This document shows positions 1-9,300 of a stretch of 64,000 nt of DNA, in pieces (within the stretch, counting starts at the first letter, position 1; the number at the start of each line of letters is the position of its first letter). The translations under genes were made by a program, and so were the position numbers. The notes under the pieces are model-generated. The model saw only the letters and a program-made list of their open reading frames with translations, did no database searches and was not told the DNA's origin. Origin of the DNA: Terriglobia bacterium (lineage in GTDB: Bacteria > Acidobacteriota > Terriglobia > 20CM-2-55-15); contig CBDCLE010000017.1 in the NCBI GenBank assembly GCA_965218585.1, positions 192,001-256,000 of the forward strand, written 5' to 3'.

Positions 1-2
1 AC

Positions 3-1673
3 GGCTACCCGTCCCCGACGATTGACGACGACGTGACGACCGCTTATCGACGCGGCGTGCTGGGCAGGGATTATTGGTCAGTAGAGAGCTTTCTCGCCAA
101 GAAGTACACCGGCTTTGATAGGCTCCGCATCTTCGGACGCGATTTAAGCTTTGATCTTGGCGGGAAGCCTTTTCCGGCCAAGCCTGCTGCGCAGAGTTTC
201 CAGCACGCCAAACGCGCGATAGAGACAGCCGCGCAGGCCGGGTACTTCTTTTACGACGAGATGTTCGTATGGGCTAACGCACTTCTTGAAGATCAAAAGC
301 ATTTACCTGTCTGGCTCGCGCATCGCTTCCCGTTGGTCATTGTTGACGAGATGCAGGACACCTTTGAGCGCCAGGCGTCATTTTTGAACGAGGTTTTCCC
401 TCGAAACTCGGACAGAGTCGTTGTCCAAAGAGTCGGCGATCCAAATCAGGAAATCTTCGATTTGCCGGACTCGGCCTCCAGTAGGGTGGAGCCGTACCCC
501 GACGCCGATCCGGCGTGCTGTCTCGGGATTCCGAACAGCTACCGATTCGGCCCCGAGATCGCGGCGCGTGCTTCGCCATTTGCTGTTCACCGGGTCGGCT
601 CCGACGGGTTGTCAGGCATCGGCCCAAAGGGACCGGGCGTTGTCGCTCAAGACTGCAAGCACGCTATATTTGTTTTCCCGGATGACAGCACCGACGGTGT
701 CCTCGATGCTTTTGGCAAGTATGCGCTTGATGTTCTAGGTGAAGTACTCGTCACCAAAGGAACTGTTCATGCAGTCGGCCATATTCACCAGGACGATCCT
801 GAAGTCTCGTCCGGACATGCTCACTATCCAAAGTCGGTTGGCCATTACTGGGACGGCTACGCCGTCGAGATATCCCGCAAGGACCCTAATCCCCAAACCC
901 TTGCCCTGTACGTTCGCGCGGCGCAGGGGCTCGTCGCCCATGGGCGGGCATTGTCCCCCGGTGTCGAGAAGATTGCCTCCGGCACTCTTGAGCTCGCACG
1001 GCTGATAGGTGACATCGGCGACCTGAAGCGCAAGGCGCGTACGCACCGAGTTGTCGTGGATGCGCTTGAGGGCGCCGTCGCTTCGCTGACGACCTATCGG
1101 GGCTTTCTCAGGCGTTTTCTGGTTGAGAGAACGGCCCTTTCGGAGAACGGTTGGCCTTCACATGCGGAGGACTTAACGGCGGTGGCTGCCGCACTTTGCA
1201 GGGGTGAGACAGATACGAGCAAGGCTGAACGATTTCTGGCGTGGCCCAACGACGACCCTTCTCTCGGCGCGACGGCTTCTTCTTCATCGGGTGACGCCGG
1301 TCCAAACATCTTTCGTGTCAACGGCAGCAGCGGAACCATCGACATCCGGCTGGGATCGATCCATTCCGTGAAGGGACAGACGCATCTCGCCACGCTTCTG
1401 CTGAGCACCTACTGGCACGCGCATTCTGCGAAGGAGATGATGCCTTGGTTGCTTGGAGAAAAGTCTAATGGAAAAGGAGCTGGAACAAGGAATACTCAGC
1501 GTCTTCTGCATACTTATGTGGCGATGACTCGCCCCAGCTATTTGCTTTGCCTTGCGATTCCGCGTTTGGCGTTGGGCGGCGATCAGGCGCTTGATAACGA
1601 CATTTCGGCGCTCAAAGGAAGAGGCTGGCAAGTTGCCGAAATAGTTGATGGGGCTGCGCAATGGCGGGACTGA
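3..1673 (+). CDS. UvrD/REP (SF1) helicase, Gabija GajB-like; 5'-truncated by the window edge
   Basis: Frame is open from the window start. Motifs VIVDEMQD, QRVGDPNQEIF, SIHSVKGQTHLATL and HTYVAMTRP are present; Walker A lies outside the window. Confidence 0.8.
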   Translation, partial: GYPSPTIDDDVTTAYRRGVLGRDYWSVESFLAKKYTGFDRLRIFGRDLSFDLGGKPFPAKPAAQSFQHAKRAIETAAQAGYFFYDEMFVWANALLEDQKHLPVWLAHRFPLVIVDEMQDTFERQASFLNEVFPRNSDRVVVQRVGDPNQEIFDLPDSASSRVEPYPDADPACCLGIPNSYRFGPEIAARASPFAVHRVGSDGLSGIGPKGPGVVAQDCKHAIFVFPDDSTDGVLDAFGKYALDVLGEVLVTKGTVHAVGHIHQDDPEVSSGHAHYPKSVGHYWDGYAVEISRKDPNPQTLALYVRAAQGLVAHGRALSPGVEKIASGTLELARLIGDIGDLKRKARTHRVVVDALEGAVASLTTYRGFLRRFLVERTALSENGWPSHAEDLTAVAAALCRGETDTSKAERFLAWPNDDPSLGATASSSSGDAGPNIFRVNGSSGTIDIRLGSIHSVKGQTHLATLLLSTYWHAHSAKEMMPWLLGEKSNGKGAGTRNTQRLLHTYVAMTRPSYLLCLAIPRLALGGDQALDNDISALKGRGWQVAEIVDGAAQWRD

Positions 1674-1699
1674 CACGACATCCAGCGTCGCTGCGAGGC

Positions 1700-2350
1700 T
1701 TTGGTAGCCCGAGGAGAGCATGCGGTATTCCGCGATCACGGTCTGAAAGGCCGCGACGGTGATGCGCTTGGCGCGGTCGAACCCCCCGGCCGGACCGCAG
1801 CACGTGACAGGGATAGTCCCGGAGATGGTCGGTGTACGCGTCCTCGGCCTGGCGTGCCAGCGCGATCCGGTCGACGAGGAACAGGACGCGGGTGACGATG
1901 CCCGCCTCGAACAGCCCCTTGATGAAGGCCGTCGCCGCTCGCGTCTTGCCGGTCCCCGTCGCCATCTCTACCAGTAGTTTGCGCCGCCTGCGCGAGACTT
2001 CGGCGGACAGCGCCTCGATGCATTGGATCTGGTAGCCGCGGCCGACGATCTTCCGGTCGATAGCGACCATCGACAGGTCGCGCGGACCCGGCGCGCGGCA
2101 AGCCTCCGTTCGAGGTCATCCTGCGCATAGAAGCCCACGATCCTGCGCGCGTGGGCATCCGTCTCCCGGTCAAGGAACCGCACTTCCTCGCCGTTCGACA
2201 GGAAGACGAACGGCACGCCGAGCTGCCCGGCGTAGTGCTGCCCCTGGTCCTGCGCCGCGACGGGATCGATGCTCGCCCACTTTGCCTCCAGCACCGTCAT
2301 CGGCCGCCCCTGCTGGTCACAGAGGACGTAATAGGCCTGCGTGCTATCGG
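1700..2350 (-). pseudogene. hsdR: Type I restriction enzyme R subunit, N-terminal relic (frameshifted)
   Basis: VLEAK...FVFLSNGEE (nuclease domain) in ORF 1968-2468, then MATGTGKTR and VLFLVDRIALARQA in ORF 1612-2070. Further frameshift at a G-run near 1785; no hsdM/hsdS nearby. Confidence 0.8.
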
Positions 2351-2515
2351 GCAGCGCGTGTTCCAACAGGACGCTTGAGCCGTTACACGAGGAACGCAAA
2401 TTCCCCCCGGCGAAGCAGCAAAATCGATCCGGAACCGCCCGACCTACTGAGCGCTGGGGATCTCGCACGATGCCTTTGCAGCGGCACGTGCAGCTGAACG
2501 GTGTGGCTAAGCGCG

Positions 2516-3160
2516 TTATTCGGATTCTTTCCGTTTCTTGTTTTCCGCCTGTTGCCCGTCCCGCGCCTCTATCGCATCCATGACCACCTCGCGACAGTCC
2601 ACAAGGGCAGCGATAACGTCCGACTCGAAATTGAGTCTGTAGCCCTTGTACCGAAGGATCGACGCCCTAACGAAATCCGGTTGATTGAAAATCGTCGGTG
2701 CGTCTGCATCAAACTTTCCTCCCCCGACCTTAGCCTCGGCGCGCTCATCGATGTGTTCGAACGCATTGCGCATTTCCAGTACGGCTTCCCGTGTCTTTGT
2801 CACGCTGCCCGGCACGTGCAATTCTGGACAATATTTCTCCACGAGAACGCTCACCATCCGGTAGCATCGACCAAGAGCAACAATGGCCATCTCCGCCGCT
2901 GCGAGTGCATTGAAGTGTGCCCGTCGCTGAGGGATGCCGTCTTCCTTTCTTGCCTTGTCACGTGCTTCGATGGCCAACACCCACAACGCATGGGCAGCGT
3001 CCGTCCGCCGGGCAAGGGCGGAGAAAAAGAGGAAGAATCCCAGTTGTTCTGCCACAATCCGGTACCATGAACAGACGGTATTCGCTACGGGTCGGTACGC
3101 GCCTGGACCCTTCGTGTTGTAGTGTTCGCCGCTGCAGCATATGGGCTGTAAGTCATTCAT
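2516..3160 (-). CDS. Hypothetical helical protein with HEPN-like RxxxxH motif
   Basis: 214-aa ORF containing LEMRNAFEHIDER, in a defence-island context. Confidence 0.55.
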   Translation of the reverse strand: MNDLQPICCSGEHYNTKGPGAYRPVANTVCSWYRIVAEQLGFFLFFSALARRTDAAHALWVLAIEARDKARKEDGIPQRRAHFNALAAAEMAIVALGRCYRMVSVLVEKYCPELHVPGSVTKTREAVLEMRNAFEHIDERAEAKVGGGKFDADAPTIFNQPDFVRASILRYKGYRLNFESDVIAALVDCREVVMDAIEARDGQQAENKKRKESE

Positions 3161-3483
3161 GGAAGAATATATATTGGCAATGATCCAACTCTGTTCCCCT
3201 TTTTGTATCCCTCTTTATGAATGGGAATCCATTGGACGATTTCGGACGTTTGTAGACAGGTTGCGAGCGATCAACCCTGGACTTTGCGAATCCGAGGCCG
3301 TCGAGTGGTAGCCACCTGCGCGTGCGGTGCATTCGGCGATCGCCGGCCCTGAGCTTCAGACCGCCGCGCGCAAATCTAGCTGCGTCTGAGATGGGTCGCC
3401 GAGCGTCGTAATCGCCATAGCGCAGAATCTCGTTCACGACCAGATTTGTTCCTGAGAGAAATGCTAGGGTTCCCAACTGCGCT

Positions 3484-3576
3484 GACGATGTCGCTTTGAA
3501 GGGGAAATTCGCCTAATCGGAACGCTTCTACAATCTCACGCGACCCCATAGCGCCTTTGCTGGACAAACTCCCTAG
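3484..3576 (+). pseudogene. IS481-family transposase C-terminal relic, interrupted by IS1182
   Basis: Translates DDVALKGKFA*SERFYNLTRPHSAFAGQTP, matching the YNxxRPHxxxxGxTP integrase-core end. Confidence 0.5.
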
Positions 3577-5177
3577 CAGCCTGTCGGACTTTTGGGGCCT
3601 GGACTGGGTGAGGGGCATGGGAAGAATAGAGGCATGAGCAAACGATTTCGAGCTGTGGATCGAGAGACGCCGTACTTATTGCCACCATCGGTCCAGGACT
3701 GGTTGCCCGAACCCCACCTGGCGCGGTTTGTCGTCGAGGTGGTCTCGAAGCTGGACTTGCATGAGTTGGAGAGGCCGTACACGGGGCGAGGTTCGAAGGC
3801 ATTCCATCCGGAGATGCTGCTGGCACTGCTGTTTTACGGATACGCGACGGGAGTGTTTGCGAGCCGGAAACTGGAACAGGCGACGTGGGATTCGCTGGCG
3901 TTCCGATATATCGCGGCGAACACGCATCCGGATCACGACACGATCGCGGCGTTTCGGAAGCGGTTCCTGAAGCAGTTGAAGCCGTTGTTCGTGCAGATTC
4001 TTCTCCTGGCGCGGACGATGGGGTTTTTGAAGCTGGGCAAGATCAGTCTGGATGGGAGCAAGGTCGAGGCGAATGCATCAAAACATAGCGCATTGAGTTG
4101 GGGGCACGCGACGGAACTGGAAGAACGATTGAAGGCGGAAGTGGCGCGGCTGATGGAGTTGGTGTCGGCGGCCGATGCGGACGTGCCCGATGGAATGGAC
4201 ATCCCGGCCGAACTGGAGCGGTGTGAGGACCGGCTCAAAGCGATCGCCGAGGCGAAAGCGAAGCTGGAAGCGCGGGCGGCCGAACGCCATGCCGCCGAGC
4301 AAGCCGAGTACGAGGCCAAGCGGTCCAAACGTGAAGCTCGGGCCAAACAGCAGGGACGGCGTCCCGGAGGGCGGGCCCCCCAACCGCCGGCACCGGGAGT
4401 GCGGAACAGCGACCAGATCAATCTTACCGATGAGGAATCGCGGATCATGCCGGCGGGAGGGAAGAGTTTCCAACAGGCCTACAATGTGCAGGCGGGCGTC
4501 GATACCAAAAGCATGCTGGTGGTCACCGAATCCGTCACCACACACACCAACGACAAACAAGAAGTCGAGCCGACACTAAAGGCGCTGGAAGAACTCCCAG
4601 GACCACTTGGACGAGCCGAGGCGATACTGGCCGATAACGGTTACTACAGCGAAGCCAACGTCCGGGCCTGCGAGACGGCGGGCGTGACGCCGTACATAGC
4701 GATGGGACGCGACCGCCATCATCTGACGGTGGAACAACGTTGGACCGAGCCCCCGCCTGGGGCGCCCGATGCGGGTCCGGTCGACGCGATGGCGCATCGG
4801 TTGTCGAGCGTCGATGGCCGGGCCATTTATGCCAAACGCAAGTCTACCGTCGAACCGGTATTTGGAATCGTCAAGTCTGTGTTGGGATTTCGGCAGTTTC
4901 ACCTCAGGGGACTCGACGGGGCATCCGGAGAATGGACGCTGGTCAGCATGGCCTGGAATCTGAAACGGCTCTTCAATCTCACTCAGCAGTCCCCTCCCAC
5001 AGCCGATCCACGCTCCAACGTCCGATCCTGGCCGGAAAGCCGCCTGGCTGGACCGCTGCACAAGCCCGTGGATCCAAAATCACAATCCCTTTCGACGCTT
5101 TTCTTGCGAATGACCTCGGCAATGTTCAATTATCGGATCGTCGATGCTCCACTGTCATTGCCAAGTCCGACAGGCTG
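3577..5177 (+). mobile_element. IS1182-family insertion sequence (element 1)
   Basis: TIRs cagcctgtcggactt / aagtccgacaggctg; flanked by CTAG at 3573-3576 and 5178-5181. Confidence 0.92.
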
Positions 5178-5181
5178 CTAG
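3634..5181 (+). CDS. IS1182-family transposase
   Basis: LLPPSVQDWLPEPHLARF, SLDGSKV, NLTDEESRIM, LADNGY and RKSTVEPVFG motifs; the stop codon is supplied by the target CTAG. Confidence 0.92.
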   Translation: MSKRFRAVDRETPYLLPPSVQDWLPEPHLARFVVEVVSKLDLHELERPYTGRGSKAFHPEMLLALLFYGYATGVFASRKLEQATWDSLAFRYIAANTHPDHDTIAAFRKRFLKQLKPLFVQILLLARTMGFLKLGKISLDGSKVEANASKHSALSWGHATELEERLKAEVARLMELVSAADADVPDGMDIPAELERCEDRLKAIAEAKAKLEARAAERHAAEQAEYEAKRSKREARAKQQGRRPGGRAPQPPAPGVRNSDQINLTDEESRIMPAGGKSFQQAYNVQAGVDTKSMLVVTESVTTHTNDKQEVEPTLKALEELPGPLGRAEAILADNGYYSEANVRACETAGVTPYIAMGRDRHHLTVEQRWTEPPPGAPDAGPVDAMAHRLSSVDGRAIYAKRKSTVEPVFGIVKSVLGFRQFHLRGLDGASGEWTLVSMAWNLKRLFNLTQQSPPTADPRSNVRSWPESRLAGPLHKPVDPKSQSLSTLFLRMTSAMFNYRIVDAPLSLPSPTGC

Positions 5182-5317
5182 GCGGCGTCCCGACAACGCT
5201 TACAATCGGAGCACTTCTCGGCAGATCAGCTCTTGCGCTCACGCGCGGAGAGCTTGGCAGCACGGCAGACAACAAGTGTGACTGTCAACCAGCCGAGAGG
5301 TAGGGTAATGTGCTGCA

Positions 5318-5950
5318 ATGCCTGTTGCGATGAGCAGCCGTTTTGAGGACGCCCTCCTGTTCGCCGCGCAACTCCACCGAGCCCAGCGGAGGAAGGGCTC
5401 CAAAGTTCCTTATGTTTCACACCTGCTGGCCGTCGCAGCGCTAGTGATCGAACATGGCGGAGACGAGGACGAAGCCATCGCGGCACTGCCGCACGATGCC
5501 ATCGAGGACCAGGGTGGCGCGAAGACGCGGGAGGAGATTCGCCGCCGTTTCGGCGAGCGCGTGACCGGGATTGTTGAAGGCTGTACGGACTCCGAAACTA
5601 TGCCGAAGCCTCCGTGGGAAGAGAGAAAGCGGGTCTACATCGCGCGACTCAGTGAAGAGTCCGCATCGGTTCGGTTCGTCTGCGCCGCCGACAAGCTCCA
5701 CAACGCGCGCAGCATCCTAAGCGACTACCGCAACGTCGGTGAGGAAATCTGGCAACGGTTTGAGGACCGAAAGGAAGGGACGCTGTGGTACTACCGGGCG
5801 GTGCTCGATCGCCTCATCCAAGCGGACAGGATGCCGCTCGTTGACGAGTTGGACCGGGTTGTCAGCGAAGTCGAACGGCTCGCGGGACAGACCCGGCAGG
5901 AGGATCAGCAAGATCTCGACAATTCCGGCGAGGAAGATCGGCGTGGGTAA
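5318..5950 (+). CDS. HD-domain hydrolase, Mesh1/SpoT-HD (small alarmone hydrolase)-like
   Basis: HxxQRRKGSKVPYVSHLLAV, HDAIED and ADKLHNARS motifs. Confidence 0.85.
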   Translation: MPVAMSSRFEDALLFAAQLHRAQRRKGSKVPYVSHLLAVAALVIEHGGDEDEAIAALPHDAIEDQGGAKTREEIRRRFGERVTGIVEGCTDSETMPKPPWEERKRVYIARLSEESASVRFVCAADKLHNARSILSDYRNVGEEIWQRFEDRKEGTLWYYRAVLDRLIQADRMPLVDELDRVVSEVERLAGQTRQEDQQDLDNSGEEDRRG

Positions 5951-6398
5951 GAATTCACCGGAAGAGGCCAAGAGGACAAAGGAGGTTCGAGCTGACTAAG
6001 AGTGCGGCGGGATTCAAGTTTGGCGCCGTTCCGCATGTAAGTTCAGACCTTATCCACCTCGGCCGTAGGAATCCGGACCTCGGCGAACGCATTCGGCGTA
6101 GAGGGCTGCGTCTGCTCTTTCAAGGTAGAGAACGACCAAGGTATCGATTGCTAGTGAATGGGAGCACGCCGTCATGATGAGCTTTTTCTGGAGCTGATGG
6201 GATTCCTGGCCTGGACAACAGTCTCTCTGCGGACAAGGAGATTTCTACCATCGCAACATTCGTTGGTAGCGTAGTGTGGATCCGCCGGGGTCGCTTGCGG
6301 CGGGAGGATCTCATGAAAACGAACCGATCTCAGGAATGCGAACGCGACTGGCTATAAATTGTTGGATCGGAACATGATGTAGAATCCGTCGCAGCCGA

Positions 6399-9300
6399 TT
6401 GAGCGCTTGTCGCCAGCGGCGTATTTCGCACATGGAGGGTCGATCAGGGCTGGGCCAATCATCAACATTGAATAACGCCGGTGAGGACAACATCTTCTCA
6501 TCTTGTTGCATCTCCCTGGACCTGGAGGTGAGCAGGGACGGCGGCCGCATTCATGCCATCGGCGCGGTGCGCGCGGATACCGGTCACCGCTTGGTCCACT
6601 CTGGCGGCGGTCTGGCGGCGGCACTGGTGAAGCTCGACGATCTCGCCGCCGGCGCATCCTTCGTTCTGGGTCACAATCTGATCGCCTTCGACCTGCCCCA
6701 TCTGGCAGCTGCGAAACCGGATCTGCGCCTGTTGAAGCTGCCAGCCGTGGATACGCTGCGTCTCAGTCCGCTCGCCTTTCCGAGCAATCCCTATCATCAC
6801 CTCGTCAAGCACTATCAGGACGGCGGGCTCAAGCGCGGGCGCGTGAACGATCCGGAACTCGACTCCCGTCTTGCGCTGGACGTTTTCGGTGACCAGCAGA
6901 GAGCCCTGATAAAGATGTCGCCGGACCTGCTCACAGCTTGGCACTGGCTATGCACCCCGGAGCTTGAAGCCGTGGACCGCGCTCTGGACGAGTTCTTTTC
7001 CGAGCTTCGCCATTCGCGACGACCTTCGGACGCTGAGGCCTGCTCGGCGATAGCCCGGCGACTGGAAGGTACGGCCTGCGTGACCCATATGCAGGAGATA
7101 TTGAGAAAGGCGAGAGAGCCGGGTTGGGCGCTGGCCTACGCGTTGGCATGGCTTTCGGTGGCCGGCGGCAACTCGATCATGCCGCCTTGGGTACGCTACC
7201 AGTTCCCCGAAGCCGGGCAGCTTGTGCGGCGGCTACGGGATACCGCCTGTACAGATGCCGCCTGCGATTGGTGCCGGGAACGACACGATGCCCGCAAGGA
7301 GTTGAAGCGCTGGTTTGGCTTCGAGGACTTCCGTCCTGAACCGGCGGACGATGACGGCCGGCCCATGCAGCAAGCCATTGTCGAAGAGGCTATAGCTGGC
7401 CGGCACGCACTTGGGATTCTTCCCACGGGCACGGGCAAGTCGCTCTGTTACCAGATCCCTGCGCTCTCGCGTTACGACAAGACCGGTGCGCTGACGGTGG
7501 TCATCTCACCCCTGGTCGCGCTCATGGCGGATCAGGTCGCGGGACTTGAGAAGCACGGGATCGGCTCCTGTGTAACGATCAATGGACTCTTGTCGATGCC
7601 CGAACGGGGCGACGCGCTGGACCGGGTCCGGCTTGGAGACGCAGGCCTCATCATCATCTCGCCGGAGCAGCTCCGCTCCCGTTCCTTACGCCGGGTCCTC
7701 GACCAGCGCGAAATCGGCGGTTGGGTGCTAGACGAAGCGCATTGCCTGTCGCGCTGGGGCCACGATTTCCGCCCCGATTACCGCTATGTCGGCCGCTTCA
7801 TCCGGAAGAGGGCGGGCGCAGGACCGGTGCCGCCCGTGCTGTGCCTGACCGCGACCGCGAAGCCGGACGTGACGGAAGACATCACGCGGCACTTCCGGGA
7901 CAAGCTGGGCATCGATGTGAAGGTCTTCGATGGGGGCGCCGAGCGCACCAATCTCACGTTCGAGGTGATCCCGACGTCGGGAGGCGAAAAGTTCGCCCAC
8001 ATCCACCAAGTCCTGATGTCGTACCTGCCGCCCGATGCGCCCGGCGGCGCCATCGTCTACTGCGCCACGCGGCGGCAAAGCGAAGAGGTGTCTGAATACC
8101 TGCAGTTGAAGGAGGTCGTAGCGGGGCATTTTCACGCGGGCTTGCCGCCAGAAACCAAGAAGGATGTTCAACGGCGCTTCATTGATGGCGATCTGCGCGC
8201 GATCGTGGCGACCAACGCCTTCGGCATGGGGATCGACAAGCCGGACGTGCGGTTGGTCATCCACGCCGACATCCCGGTTTCGCTGGAGAACTATCTCCAG
8301 GAGGCGGGCCGCGCCGGGCGTGACCGCGCATCGGCGCGTTGCGTGCTGCTTTATGTGACGGACGATGTGGAGCGCCAGTTCGGAATGTCGGCGCGCTCCC
8401 GGCTTACCCGGGAGGAGATCCACGGCATCTTGAGAGCCCTGCGCAACCTGGACCGGAAGAAACGGACAGCTGGCGAGGTAGTGGCCACTGCGGGCGAAAT
8501 CCTCGGTGAGGACGAGGACAAGGCGTTCGAGCGGGACTCAGCCACCGACGATACGCGTGTGCGGACTGCTGTCGCCTGGCTGGAAGAGGCGGAGCTGTTG
8601 GGCCGCGAAGAGAATGTTGTTCAGGTTTTCCCTTCGTCACTCCGCGTGAACTCGGTTGAGGAAGCCACGAAGCGGCTCGCCGTTGCAGACATCGCGGCCG
8701 CTTACCGTGGTCAACTGCTGCGCATCGCGGAAGCGTTGATCGGGGCAGCCGCCGACGAAGGCGTCACCACGGACGAACTGATGGAAGTCTCCGGGTTAAG
8801 TCCCGAGGCTGTGCGCGGTGCCTTGTACGATCTTGAGCGGTTCGGCATCGCCAGCAACGACACGGCGCTGACCGCGTTCGTCCATGCCGGTGTGGAGCGC
8901 GCCTCCCTGAAGCGCCTTGAGGAAGCCGAAGCGCTGGAAACCGCCCTCATCGGCCACATGCGGGAGGCGGCTCCGGAGCTCGGCAAGGGAGAGACATCGT
9001 CGCTGCATTTGCGCATCGCTGCTCAGGTGCTGCGGGATCAGGGACTGGCCGATCCGCTGCCCGAGCGGCTGTGGCGCATCGTCCGCGGGATCGCTTATGG
9101 CGGGCGCGGCGAGGATGGCGCCGCTGGTAGTCTGACGGTGCGGAAGCAAGACGCGGAGACAGTGCGTGTAACGCTGCGGCGCGAGTAGCGGTCCCTTGAA
9201 GAGACCGCGAGGATACGGCGAGGGGCCGCCCGGCGTCTGCTGGACCATCTGCTCGCCTGCCTGCCGCCCGGGAGCCGAGGCACGGACTTGTTGGCCGAGA

